64,000 bases of DNA from Felis catus (lineage: Eukaryota). The notes below the pieces were generated by a model. It saw only the letters and a program-made list of their open reading frames with translations, did no database searches and had not been told where the DNA came from. Location: assembly GCF_018350175.1 (NCBI RefSeq), contig NC_058368.1:180608001-180672000 (forward strand), in the 5' to 3' direction. Within the stretch, counting starts at the first letter, position 1, and every line of letters starts with the position of its first letter. Shown one piece after another: positions 1-12,902 of this stretch. A program made the position numbers and the translations under genes.

Positions 1-54
1 ACCAGAAACCCTGCAAAGTTTTCAACTTTTTCAGTTTATAAAAACCAGACATGG

Positions 55-263
55 CAGGGCACCTGGGTGGCTCAGTTGGTTAAACGTCCAACTTTAGCTC
101 AGGTCATGATATCACGGTTTGTTGAGCCCTGCATCAGACTCTGTGCTGATAGTTCAGAGCCTGGAGCCTGCTTCCAATTCGGTGTCTCCCTCTCTTTCTG
201 ACCCTCTTCTGCTCATGTTCCGTCTCTGTCTCTCAAAAATGAAAAAAAAAAAGTTAAAAAAAT
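55..263 (+). mobile_element. Carnivore tRNA-derived SINE (SINEC_Fc-like)
   Basis: gggcacctgggtggctcagttggttaa head, CT-rich linker, A tail; 16-bp TSD taaaaaccagacatgg at 39-54 and 264-279. Confidence 0.93.
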
Positions 264-484
264 TAAAAACCAGACATGGTTATAAATGAAATTAATATCC
301 CCTATTAGAGTCATTCACTGGTATTTGCTATGGGTAGGTTGAATCCTGTCAAAAATGCTATGTTTCTAAATAGCAATAGGTAAATGGACAGTATGAATAA
401 ATGCTATGGGTGGAACGAGATTTGCACATATCCTTGATTTAAATCCTCACATAACCCCACAGAGCAGAATAATATAACCCTTAA

Positions 485-800
485 GCCGCATAGTCTGGAT
501 CAGGCTGTCTGGGTTTGATTCTCAGATCAGGTACCCAATCTGCTGACCCTGGGCTAGTAACCGCTCTGTACCTCAGTTTCCTCGTGTACAAAATGAACTG
601 ATGACAATGATGTTAGAAAGCACAGTTTGGAGGATTAAAGCAGTTATTACACATATAGTACTTAGAACAGTGCCTGGTACAGTGACTACTCTGTTAACTG
701 TGTGTTACGCCCATTATCACGCCATCATCCACTCTATAAAGTTGGAAACTGAGGCTCTGAGAAGCTGAGTAAGTTATCCAAGTGGCTACGAAGGAGTTTT
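485..800. mobile_element. Two MIR fragments in opposite orientation
   Basis: ctctgtacctcagtttcctcgtgtacaaaatg (+) and ggaaactgaggctctgagaag (-) MIR cores. Confidence 0.7.
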
Positions 801-1904
801 GGATAAAAAGTAGGAAAAGGCAACCAGTGAGATCATAACTCTTTGTCTTCTTCATTATCAGGAGAAGGTGATGTTTCTTTCCCAAAGGGAGTGTGAAGAC
901 AGGGCAGTGGACACCCATCAACTCTGGAAGTGTGGGTGGCCGTGAGATTTAATTACCTTTGCAGGCTTGTCTACTCCTACAGTTGGGGAAGAATCTGGTT
1001 GGTTAAAATGAGCTTCTAAAAGGAATCAACATGAGAAACGAGATACCTGGGGATTTATTCCCTGCACTGCAGGCTGCTGGGGACCACACTATTTACCTGT
1101 GAGATTCGAAGCCCCCATTCAGCTGTTTACCATTGGCACAAGGTGGCACTTGCCTTCTGGGCTGGCTACAAGTTTGCGCCAGCTGTTTCCAGCCCCTGCC
1201 TAGTTCGCTCTGTTAGATTTTTAAAGGAGTTCCTTTAAAAGATTCAACCTCAAAGCCTTAACTGAACACTTACTAGTGAAGCTACGCTCAGGGGGAGGAG
1301 GCCACGGGTTAATGGAGAGGCTGCAGAGAGCCATAGTAGATATTGGGTATTTCAGAGTTGGTTGAAACATGATCATGTTTTCTGTTTGGGGAAGGCTGCC
1401 TGAGTCTGTACATCACTCTTACAGGGAAGGGACATCTCCAGGAATGAGAGGGTGTTTATTTCATTCATTTCACTTATTTTCCTCTTTGATCTCTGTAAAC
1501 TGGGCAGCTTATGGAGAATCCAGATGAAAGCATTTTGTTCAATTTTGGTGTCATTTATTCCCTGTAGCTTGGTATGCAAGTGATTCCCTTTATAACCTGC
1601 ATGAACTCTCCAGCTTTCTTGGGTATTAAAGGCTTCAGAGAAGCATCTAAATTTACTCTTCTTAGTTCCATTTTGTGACAGGGTGGCATGAATCGACTCC
1701 AACAACTCACTTCAGGTGTCGTGGGTAGCTCTGCTACAGTCTGCACATAGCACTTGACAGGAATGGGTTATCATCTCAGATTTTAAAATTGAGCTTCACT
1801 CTTTCCAGATTATGGTTTGGTGAGTGGCATCACCAACCACCAAATCTGCCTTCCCTACTCCTTGGGCCAAGAGGCTGGTTAAAACCTAGGTTTTGAAGAG
1901 TACC

Positions 1905-2270
<366 letters not shown>

Positions 2271-3369
2271 CTAACAGACTGACTTCAGGCAAGATACCAA
2301 CCTGCCTGTGCTCTGTCTTCCTTATTTGCAAAGTGGGCATGATGATACCTCACATGAGCAATGAGAGGACTAAGATAATCCACGCAAGGTACATGAACAG
2401 TTGTGAGCACCTAGCAACCTAGTATGTGCTTCAGAATCTTTTCTATTTCTTTTCTCCTTTTTGAGTCTTCTTGGCATCGTATAGGTTTGTTTAGCACACA
2501 GAGTGAGGTACTTGCCAAGTTCTCATTTCCCTAAGGAAAATACAGGGAATCCAGGTGGTGGACCCAATAAATCCTAGGGTCATTCTTGAGATCAGTTAAT
2601 GATGGAGAGGTAGAAAATTAACAAAGAGTGGAGGGAAGGGGGGAGGCAACAAGTTGGGGCAAGAAGGAAGAAGCCTATGCTGTTTGGTTTTTGTGATGGA
2701 AATAAAGGAGTGGTGAGGGCTCGCTGGCAAAGGCTGGAAGTGTCTGAATGGCCAGGCACATAAAGAGGTTCTTGAGTAAAAAGAAATGAGGCAGCTGTAG
2801 TATTCTTTTTTGCCTTGGGAATTATTGTCTTTTAAGGTGAGCTCTTTCAGGACTGTGTCTAAAGTGTGTGGGGTCCCTAGCAAATATTTTTTGTCCGGGC
2901 CCCTGTCTACATAAACAGTTTGAGTTACCCAAATTGACATATCAGCACCATTCTGGCAGGCTGATCTCACATGATCTTGCAAAATTTTCCTCCAGCCAGC
3001 AGGAACAATCTACTTGCCAATCTGTCCACTAGAATTAAGGCTGGGCAATGGGCCCTGAGATATCTCATAAATGCAAATCCCCAAATATCTCTGAGAATCT
3101 GGTCAACCTCACATGCATGGGGATGGGCTAAGGAATGAGAGAGGATCAGAAAGCACCCTGAAATGGAGAAATAGGGACCAGGGCTCAGGTGGGTCCTAGT
3201 CTGGGCTGGCGTGCTTCACCCATACAGCACTGCTGACCCTGGCCACTCCCTGCCACTGGAGGAAAACTTAGAAAATTTCAAAGGTGGGGGGCACTTCAAA
3301 GCTCAAGAACTCACTTGCCCAGAACAGCACTGGATTCTTGGTCCAGTTAGACAAATAGCAAAATAATAT

Positions 3370-3600
3370 GGGCTTTAGAGTCAGAATGGTTAAACCCTGT
3401 TCTATCATTCATTAGCTATGTAACCTTGGCAAGTGAGGCAAGTGACTGATTTCCTGTGACTCAGTTTTCCCACCTATAGAATGGACTTAATAGCACCTAC
3501 TTCACCAAAGAGCATGGAGATTCTATAAGATGGTGCACATGAAATGAGATGATGAAGATATTGCACTGAATACACAGGAAGAGTTCAACTAGTGGAGGCT
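3370..3600 (+). mobile_element. MIR
   Basis: ggctttagagtcaga...tagctatgtaaccttggcaagt...ctcagttttcccacctatagaatgg. Confidence 0.7.
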
Positions 3601-4514
3601 ATTCTTCATAATATTTTCTGCACTCCACCAGGGAAGGTACTGCTGTTCCATTTGCATTTTACCCAATGCCTGCTGACAAGTTGGAAGTGAGGGATAATTG
3701 AAAGTATTCTGGCTTGATGTAACTAAAAAGTGAAAGGAGCAGGCAAGGCTGACTTGATTTAACCTGGCAATATGAGATTAGTTCTTCATTGCCTCTGTTA
3801 GGTCTCCCACATTGCCAACCTTTTAAAGCAATAGATTGGCTGACAGGGTGCTCATTTGGAAGGTTTCACCTGCCATTAATACCCCGGCTGCCTGATGGAC
3901 CATCATTACACAGGCATCCCCTCCCTCCCAACCAGAGCAACCGCCATTCTTAAATATTGCAAGAAGTGGGATTGTATTTGTGCTGCTTCTGGAAGTCCTG
4001 TTGGAAGTTTTCCTCTCTCCTCTTGCCAACTCTTTTTTGACAGTCCCTGAGTTCCAAGGCCAGAGATCCCTGCTCCAAAGCACCTTTGGCTTTTCTTACA
4101 CTTAGCAATGGAAGATCAATCATGTCTGACCAGAGATCTGGCAGAATGGAGGCCCACTGAGAGCTGCTTTTCTTGGTTTCCTACTCTTCAGGACACGTGT
4201 GAAAAAGAAAGCAAATGCTGCTTAGGAAAACCCAGGCACTGTTACTGAAGACAGGGATATAATCTAGATAAGACCACTTTTTAATGGGACTCTAGCTTAC
4301 CGGGAAGCTACTGGGGCATCTGGTCAACCCCTCACATATGGGGTTAGGGGTAAGGGTTGGTAGAAATTTTGTGACAATGAGCTTGTAGTGTGTATCCAGT
4401 TTTTCTTTCTTTTTTTTTTTTAGTGTTTATCAAAAGTAAACAAATGGAAAACAAAAACAAAAACAAGCACCATCAATAAAAACCTTTAAAACCAATTCTT
4501 CTTAAAATATAACC

Positions 4515-4835
4515 AGCACTGGAATCACCCGGGACCTTGTTAAAATGTAGATTCTAATTCTCTGGTCCTACAGTGGTCTGCATTCCTTATGTTTCCAGGT
4601 AACGCTGATGCTGCTGTTCTGAGCCCTGACTTCCAGAAGTCAGGCTCTAAACCACTGTTGGTCAAGGCATGCTTCCTGACCTCCTGCCCTGGAATCACCT
4701 CAGTGATTTTAAAATGCTGATTCTTGCTGTCACCCAGGCCTACTGAATTTCTGAGCATGGAAATGGAAAATTGGCATTTTAAAGAAGATTCCCAGGTCAT
4801 TCTTTTGCCGACTAAATCTCAAGAACCCCTGCTCT
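4515..4835. mobile_element. Two adjacent MER5-like fragments
   Basis: ggaatcacccgggaccttgttaaaatgtagattct...ctaaaccactg, then ggaatcacctcagtgattttaaaatgctgattct...aagaacccctg. Confidence 0.6.
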
Positions 4836-5515
4836 GAATTATTGAGAATGTCCCGCAAATATCCATAGCAGTATATCTGACTCTGAGAGACTAAAGTGGT
4901 TTTCCAAACTGGGGGATGTTAATGGGGATTCCCTGAAACATAGAAGTAGAGGTGACACTGGAGGATACAACTTGGGAAATGTTGGTGAAGCAGGTAAGCT
5001 AGTTTTTTTTTTTACAGCAGGACTTCTCAGAGCCTTTGACATATGAATATGCATTATGAATCTTTAATATTGCAATGGAACATGAAGCATTTCCTGACCA
5101 TGGACCCCTTTTGGCCCAGAGCATCTCCCCACAATAGTCTAGTGCAATACAGGTTGGGAAGCACTTCATGGACACAGAGCTCTAGGTTTGGGAGCTCTGT
5201 CCTTGGAAGGACGAGCCACACCTTCATCTACTCAATACTCACAAGTGGTAGCCCTATCCTTGAATGACCTTCTCACAAAATGCACACTTTGGGATGATTA
5301 GGTGCAACACACAGCACATCATCACTACTACCACATTAGCTCAGAGTCCCTGTCCATGGGCTTCTAGTGCCCCCCCCAAAGCCAGTGTATTTCAGCAAAA
5401 AGACCCTATGTTAAGTGACACAACCTGGGGGGGGTCAGTAGGATGAGGAAGCATTAATGGCAACCATGTCTAATCAGAGCTAATGGTTGGCACTTATGAA
5501 AAGCTTACTGGGGTG

Positions 5516-5719
5516 GGGGGCATCTGGATGGTTCGATCCATTCAGTGTCTGACTGTCGATTTTGGCTCAGGTCATGATCTCAAGGTTCATGGGTTTGAGC
5601 CACACATTGGGCTTGGTGTTGGTAGTGTGGAGCTTGCTTGGGATTCTCTCCCTCTCTCTCCTCGCCTTCCCTGCTCATGCATTCTCTCTCAAAATAAATA
5701 AGTAAACATTAAAAAAAAA
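5516..5719 (+). mobile_element. Carnivore SINE (older SINEC copy)
   Basis: Diverged head, ggctcaggtcatgatctc, CT tract, aaataaataagtaaacattaaaa tail; imperfect TSD gaaaagcttactg / gaaaatcttactg. Confidence 0.88.
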
Positions 5720-8250
5720 GAAAATCTTACTGTCTTACTGGGTCTTAGGCACCATGCTAAGTGCCTTACACTCATCCCCTCATTAAATCACCACCAGATT
5801 TTCAGGCATCATTAGCACCACTGTTTACAGATGAGGAACTGGAGATTTAGAAAGAAAATAACTTGCAGAAGACCACACAGCTTCTTGCATGTTGGGGCTG
5901 GGTTTGACCCAGTTTGTAGCACTCTGAAGCCAAGTCCTACATGGATCTGCAACATAAGGTCTGTTACAGTAGAATGTTCCAAATGGCTAACACACAGGAG
6001 TCATTGTGCCCACCACTATGACATGTTATTATCTGCACTAAGCTCTTTTACCTAAGGCAGGACTATGCCAATCAGAAGAGGAACAATTTAAATACATACT
6101 GGAGGGAGATTCACCTTTTGAAAATCTGGGATGCCAAGTGTTTTAGCCAGCCCTCTGCCCTCGCTCCCTCTTCTGATAGGTGGACCACCACAGGGCTGTT
6201 CCTCTGCCAGCCGCTTAAGCTCCTCTGTGCTTTGGCAGCCTGCACCTTGCACCTTATCCAGCCATCATCCCATATGCTCATAAGAACACCTTGAGGCGGC
6301 TTCTATGATGTCCATTTTGCGGATGAAGAAATTGAGGCTTGGAGAGGTTAAGAGCCTTGTACATAATCACACAGCTAGTAAATGATGGAGGAGTGATTCA
6401 CCCTCTGGCTGTCCACCTCCAATGGCTTCTATCCTCAATTCTTCATAGGAGGCTATGAGTAGTCATGGCCTTATAAAGGTATCTGGTGAGTATTGTAGGA
6501 CATGGGGAACAAAATGCTGAGGCTTCAGAAAACATCTTCATTTTCTAGTTGTTCTTTCTCTCAGCCTGCTCTCTTTTTCCTTCCCCGCTTTTCCTCCCTC
6601 TGCTGCTTCTCCTCAACCCAAACAGAGCCTCTAGAAATAATGATCTCACTTGATGAGAACTGGCCCACCTTGGACGTTCCCTGACAGGCCTCTCTGGCAC
6701 AGTCTCACCCTTGTTAGCCTAGGGCCATGTTTTTTATACCTGGGGGATTTCTATCCTGGCTGCTGCCATGTCCCCACTTTTCTGTTACAAAAACTACTGG
6801 CAACAGAGAGCAAGGGTCTCTGATCTCAGCCACCCCAAATACTCACCCTCTGCCCGCTGTTCCTGGCCTCTTTCAGTCCAGTTATTCCCCCCTCCCCTGT
6901 GCCCCTCATCAACCTTGCTTTCAAAGAGCCCACTGACAGGTCAGACAGAAGCCAGCCCAGCAGGGGGTGGCGGGCTGGTGGGGTGGCAGACAATGACCTG
7001 CTGGGCCCCTCAGAAAGAAAAGGGGCTGTCACCACCGGCAACACCTTTGAGCAACAAGCTGGAACAGTTACTTTCCGTCTGAGGAGAGACCCTGTCTCCT
7101 GGGGGAAGGCGGGGGACTGTCCCCCCACCCCTCCTTGAGCTGAGAGAATTAGCAGAGGGCAGGATGTCTGTCCTTTTGCTGCATGAAGAAGTTACCCCCA
7201 GACTGCCAATTGGGAGAAGGGAGCAGACTCAGCTATTATACAAGCTTCCTGCTGGATTAAGGAAATCTGAAGTACTAATTCCTACACATGACTATTGCCA
7301 TGGTCCATGTACTATGCTTAGCAGTCCCTGGAGATCTCCTTGTGTCATTTCCACTTCCACTCTAGGGGCAGGCGTAGGGGCTAGGAGCCAGTATTGTACT
7401 CCCAGTTAACATCACAGGAGCTGGAGGTTTGCAACTTATTGGCTGTGTGGCCTTGGGCTAATTAGCTTACCTCTCTGAGCCTTAGTTTTCTTATCAGTAA
7501 AGTGGAAATAACAACAACAACAATAATAATAGTTTAACAGGGCCTTTGTCAAAGATTAAATAGACCTTGTGCAAAGGCATTTCGTGTATAGCAACAATCT
7601 GTTTACTCTGGATTTATAGATGGAGAACCCAGTCCTAGAGAGGTTAGGTTACTAGAAAGGGTTGGGCAGCTGCTCATGACTGGTAGAGGTAGGATTCACA
7701 CACAGGTGGCCCAGCCTCAAATATGCTGATCACTCTCACTACTTTACGCATCACCAAGCTGGCCATGGTTTGTAAAGTCCGGCTTCACTCAACAGTGATT
7801 CTTGGCAGCCCCTGCCTTTCCTCTTGCCTCAGAAGAGGACTATGGAGCTTGTATACCTACTGCTACCATCCCACAGGAGGTCCATGTGCAGGGTGAGCCA
7901 AGTTGAAAATAGAGCTGAAGAGAAGTATAACTGTGTGTTCACGTCTTACTGAAAATAAATCATATATCTTACATTTAGATTTTCTTTGCATTAATAAAAT
8001 GGTATGAATGGTAGGTAGTGATTTGGATGTCATTGTATGGGTGTATTTTTAATCCTAAAATGAAATGTATTCATACTAAAATAATGTATTGCATTAAAGA
8101 CAAGTGCTGTGTATCCTAGAGTCTTCTCATTAAAACCTCCATTTATTCAATTCATTTAATAATTAGTTGGCCAAGACAGAGAGGGACCCTGTAGTTAGGA
8201 ACCTAGATTCTAGAAGGGAAACAATTAACAGTTAAATGTATATAGACTTA

Positions 8251-8454
8251 AAATATTTTTTTAATGTTTATTTTTGAGAGAGAGACAGAGTGTGATTGGG
8301 GAGAGGCAGAGAGAGAGGGAGACACAATCTGAAGCAGGCTCCAGGCTCTGAGCTGTTAGCACAGAGCCCGATGTGGGGTTTGAACCCATGAACTATGAGA
8401 TCATGACCTGAGCCAAAGTTGGATGCTTAACCAACTGAGCCACTCAGGCGCCCC
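8251..8454 (-). mobile_element. Carnivore SINE (SINEC_Fc-like)
   Basis: Poly-T, gagagacagag, gaagcaggctccaggctctgagc...gagccactcaggcgcccc. Confidence 0.92.
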
Positions 8455-8455
8455 T

Positions 8456-8481
8456 AAAAAGTTTTTTTTTTAATGTTTATT

Positions 8482-8531
<50 letters not shown>

Positions 8532-8682
8532 CGCAGAGAGAGGGAGACACAGAATCTGAAGCAGGCTCCAGGCTCTGATCTGTCGCACAGAGCCTAATGT
8601 GGGGTTCAAACTCACGAAACCATGAGATCATGACCTGAGCCGAAGGTGGATGCTTAACTGACTGAGCCACCCAGGCACCTCT
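8456..8682 (-). mobile_element. Carnivore SINE with expanded (GA)n, tandem with the previous copy
   Basis: Poly-T, long (GA)n, SINEC body ending gagccacccaggcacctct. Confidence 0.92.
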
Positions 8683-8779
8683 ACATGTATGGTAGACTTT
8701 GAGAAGGTGGTAGTGTTTTAAAGAAAAGTAAGGCAGGACAAAGGGTAGGCGAGTGATGGAGGAGGGGGTTTGCTACTTA

Positions 8780-9017
8780 TCTTTTTTTTTAAATTTTAAT
8801 TAAAAAAATTTTAACATTTATTTATTATTGAGAGACAGAGAGAGACAGAGCATGAGCAGAGGAGGGGCAGAGAGAGAGGGATACACAGAATCTGAAGCAG
8901 GCTCCAGGCTCTGAGCTGTCAGCACAGAGCCTGATGCGGGGCTCAAACTCACAAACCATGAGATCATGACCTAAGCCGAAGTCAGACGCTTAGCTGACTG
9001 AGCCACCCAGGCGCCCC
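8780..9017 (-). mobile_element. Carnivore SINE (SINEC_Fc-like)
   Basis: Full body ending gagccacccaggcgcccc; TSD gggtttgctactt at 8766-8778 and 9020-9032. Confidence 0.93.
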
Positions 9018-9373
9018 AAGGGTTTGCTACTTTAGATACAAGGCTTTCCAGAAGTGTTTGGGGAGACACCTGAAATGAGGAAACAAGTCATGGAAACCTT
9101 TGGAGGAAGAGCATTCTGGGCAGAAGAAACAGCAAGTACAAAGGCCCAGGGTGGCAATGTATCATCAGAGTAGAAACAACAAGATGGTGGATGTTGGGTG
9201 GGATAAGGGAGAAGAGTAGACAGAAGATGTGAGTGCTGAGTAGAAGCAAGAGCTCACTAACGCAGAGCAATGGAAGCCATTGTTGCGACCTGGACGCCAT
9301 TCTGTGGGAGATATAATGCTCAGGGAAGGTTTGCATGGGGGCATGATGTGATCTGACTTTTAAAAGGATTCTT

Positions 9374-9947
9374 CTTTTTTTCAGACAGCCAGGAAGATGA
9401 TGGGAATACAGACTGAGCATGCCTACCAAAAGCAGTTGACCATCTTTCAAAACAAGAAGAAGGTCCTGCTGGAAGAAATTGGCAAGGAGAAGCTCCTGCA
9501 ATACTACAAAAACATTAGTCTGGGCTTTCAGACACCTAAGGAAACCACTGAGAGCACCTATATTGATAAGAAATGCCCCTTTACTGGTAATGTGTCCATC
9601 CGAGGGTAGATTCTGTCTGGTGTGGAGCTCAAGATGAAGATGCAGAGGACCACTGTCACCTGCGACTACTACCTCCACTACATCTGAAAATACAACTGAT
9701 TCAAGAAATGCTGCAAGAACATGTCTGTGCCTCTGTCCCTCTGCTTCTGGGATGTCCAGATCAGTGACACTGTCACTGTGGGTGAGTGCTGGCCCTTGAG
9801 CAACACTGTGCACTTTAAGGTGCACGAGGTCACCAAGGCCACCAGCACCAAGAAGCAATTCCAGAAGTTCTATGACTTGACATCTGCCCATACCCCAAGA
9901 AAATAAAGTTATTTTCCCAGTCTTGGGCCTAGCTAAAAAAATAAAAA
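9374..9947 (+). pseudogene. RPS11: Processed pseudogene of 40S ribosomal protein S11 (uS17), full length
   Basis: Intronless. Pyrimidine (TOP-like) 5' leader, ATG at 9397, [10 protein letters not shown]...[16 protein letters not shown]...KKQFQKF collinear to ~9873 with no frameshift but in-frame stops (TAG 9607-9609, two TGA near 9685-9700). AATAAA at 9902, A-rich tail, TSD taaaaggattcttct at 9361-9375 and 9948-9962. Confidence 0.95.
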
Positions 9948-10740
9948 TAAAAGGATTCTTCTGACTGCTTTGTGTGGAATAGGCTGGAAGTTGGAAGACC
10001 AATAGTCCATCCTAGTGAAATTGGTGGCATGATCTGGGTTGAGGTGGAAAGATATTACAAAACCATGACCTTGATGGTTGTGAATAAATGGAGGGCCAGA
10101 CAAGGGTGCATGCCCAGATCTGTGCAGCAACATTCATAGACAAAGGTGGCACATGAGAAATTCAGGAATGACCATTGCAGCAGACCACATGATAGTTGGG
10201 AAGTGACAGTAGTGGTGTTGGACACCAAAGGGTGCTTCGAGTGATGGGCGCCAGTGGGCTGGACGTTTCTCCCTGGATCTGCTCTCCCTGAGCCATGTGT
10301 TTTATGAGCGAGCATAGCAGAAGTAAGAGTAGGGGAAGCTGGCCCCAGTGACTTCAGTGTCCCTTTCTCTATGGATTCCCCTTTCCCTTGCCTCTCTTCT
10401 CCCAGAACTCAGCAGCCTTGGACTCTTTGGAGAACCTAATATACAACTACTTTCAGAAGAAGGGTCTGGGAGGAGCACAAGCAAGACATTTAGAATTAGG
10501 AGAACTGGGCTCCAATCCCAGCACTTCGCTGTTGACTTTGGGCAAACTATTCTCTAGCTCCTCAGTTTCTTTGTTGGCTAAATGCAATCCTCCATTGTTA
10601 AATGTCGGCAACTGATTCAAAGATGTTTTGTAGGCCAGGTATTATCTGAGTGAGCTATCCAGATCACTGGGTTGTGATCTCTGAGGGAAAATACCATTCA
10701 TTGTAGCATGAGTGGGTGTGGGATTGAGGAGGATACTTTA

Positions 10741-10962
10741 ACGTTTTTTTAATTTTTATTTATTTTTATTTTTTATTTTTTGGGACAGAGACAGAGCATG
10801 AACGGGGGAGGGGCAGAGAGAGAGGGAGACACAGAATCGGAAACAGGCTCCAGGCTCCGAGCCATCAGCCCAGAGCCCGACGCAGGGCTCGAACTCACGG
10901 ACCATGAGATCGTGACCTGGCTGAAGTTGGACGCTTAACCGACTGCGCCACCCAGGCGCCCC
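10741..10962 (-). mobile_element. Young felid SINE (SINEC_Fc)
   Basis: CpGs retained (gaatcggaaacaggctccaggctccgagccatcagccc...gactgcgccacccaggcgcccc); perfect 15-bp TSD gaggaggatacttta at 10726-10740 and 10963-10977. Confidence 0.95.
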
Positions 10963-11717
10963 GAGGAGGATACTTTAGAACAGGGACCAAATAATGGATT
11001 TCTGATTTTGAAATGTTATGTATTACTTGACATGTTGGGCTTTTGGTTGGGAACAGTGTGTGTGTGGTTAGAGGATCTGAAGTCACATTACATAGGGAGA
11101 TACTAATAATTAGACCTGTCATTTCAATAAGGTGGCATTCAGGCACTTTCTATAAACTTTCTAGTCAAACCTCACAAAATGTCTGTGAGGTTGGTGTTGC
11201 TGTTCCTAGTTTACAGATGAGGAAACAGGGGCTTGGATGGGTTAGGTGCTTTGCTCAAGGAAGTAAAACCAGTAAGAACTGGAGCCAAAACTTACACAAG
11301 TCTGCTTGACCCATGAGCCTGTGGACCCTGGCAGAAAAGGGCACAACATTGACTCTGTGCCTGAGGGGGAATGGGAGAAGCTCCAGGAAGTCACAAAGGT
11401 AAGAGACCAGAGCCAGCTACCACATACCCTCTCCTAGCATGCTCTTCCCACATCTGTCCTTTATTCCAGTGCTCTTAAAAATGGTGACAGATCCCGGGAA
11501 GTTGGGGCCCTGAGCCCCTCTCCATAGTCCCATCTCTGTGGCAGGTGAGTACAGTGATGAACCCAGGGTCCATATGCCAATCAAGTTGCCACTGCCTTGG
11601 GATGCAGAACTTTTTGGCCTGTACTCCCCATCAGGTGACCCAGGGATGCCACACTTGGAGGAATCACTCTCTGTTAGCACTTGGGTTTCCCTCAAAATGA
11701 CACCCATTGTGTCAAGT

Positions 11718-11870
11718 CAGTGATTCCCAAAGTGTCAGTATCACCTGGGTACTTGTTAGAAATGCATATCCCTCGGCCCTGCACCAGACCTACTGTATCA
11801 GAAACTCTGAGTGGGGCCCAGAAATCTGTGCATTATGCCTTCCAGGTGATTCTGATGCCCACCGAACCAT
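11718..11870 (+). mobile_element. MER5A-like fragment
   Basis: cagtgattcccaaagtg...cacctgggtacttgttagaaatgca...ccttccaggtgattctgatgc. Confidence 0.75.
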
Positions 11871-12527
11871 AAGTGTTTTCCATGTATTAACTCATCTGAG
11901 CTCACAGCATCCTATGAGGTGGCAGCTAGCATTACAAAGGACAAAACAGACTTTCAGAGAACAGTTTGCCCCTATTCATACTGTGAATTAGTGGTTGAGC
12001 CAGGACGTGAACCCAGAGCTCCCTGGCCCCTAAGTCTCTTTATCACCCTGCCAGGCTGTCTCCCCTTACAGCGAAAGATGCACATATGCAATGGAAGAAA
12101 CATAAGGACAGGCCACTGTTTCTCCTCTGCTGTAAGCATATGTGTTTAGGAATAACCCAAGAAGATAGATGATTGCAATTTTGAAGACCAAGATGCTAAA
12201 TGGAGGAAGGCAAGGCAAATACTTGGGGTGAACTTCACTCTGCCCATCAAGGCACATAAGACCTGGCTCTCTCTGTCCAGACCTGCTTCCCAAGCCTCAC
12301 CCTCCACCACTCTCCACACAGGGTTGTCCTGTCAGTCTTCTCAGAGGTCCCCAGATGTGTGCTGCTGCCTCATGCCTCTGAACCTTTGCCAGTTTCTTTG
12401 CCCACAGTGCTTTCCCTACGTTCCTGAGCGAAGTGCTCTGTAGCTCTCTAAATTCAATTTTACCTGCTCTGGAAGCCTCTGAAGCCCCTTCCTTCTCTGG
12501 GCTGCCATAGCCCCTCAGCCTTATTCT

Positions 12528-12735
12528 TAAGTGTATTTTTTTAAATGTTCATTTATTTTTGAGAAGAGAGCACAAGCGGGGGAGGGGCAGAGAGTGAGGG
12601 AGACGTAGGATCTGAAGAGGGCTGTACACTGACAGACAGCAAGTAAGCTGGATGTGGGGCTTGAACTCACCAACTGTGAGCTCATGACCTGAGCCAAAGT
12701 CAGACACTCAACTGACTGAGCCACCCAGGCGCCCC
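12528..12735 (-). mobile_element. Carnivore SINE
   Basis: T-rich tail and SINEC body ending gagccacccaggcgcccc. Confidence 0.9.
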
Positions 12736-12858
12736 ATCGTCTTTATTCTATCCTGAGTATATGGCTTTGTAGTGTCTGGTTTCACATATGTTTCATCCCC
12801 TCCACCAGACCTTGGATTCTTTGTGGACGAGTCTGTCTCATTCACTCATGTGGTCTGG

Positions 12859-12861
<3 letters not shown>

Positions 12862-12901
<40 letters not shown>
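12862..12901. repeat. (TG)n microsatellite
   Basis: Read directly; about 20 units. Confidence 0.95.

Positions 12902-12902
<1 letters not shown>

Larger units (their letters stand above)
8140..10110 (-). mobile_element. Fragmented L2 element hosting three SINEs and the RPS11 retrocopy
   Basis: catttattcaattcattt end; gaagagcattctgggcagaagaaacagcaagtacaaaggccc; atgtgatctgacttttaaaaggattcttctgactgctttgtgtggaatag reads through when the retrocopy is removed. Confidence 0.7.

Noticed and set aside
1130..1155. CTCF-like GCACAAGGTGGCAC, and a similar motif near 63978
   Set aside because: Partial matches only; cannot be supported without a PWM scan or ChIP data.
2596..2982. ORF containing SACQN, resembling the next TENM2 exon (CCLQSACQNS)
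   Set aside because: Only five residues match; no DGLVDC/DPDCC context or suitable acceptor. The real next exon must lie beyond position 1.
9088..10002. 304-aa minus-strand ORF, the longest in the window
   Set aside because: Shadow frame antisense to the RPS11 retrocopy running into L2 sequence; TTG start; no recognisable domain.
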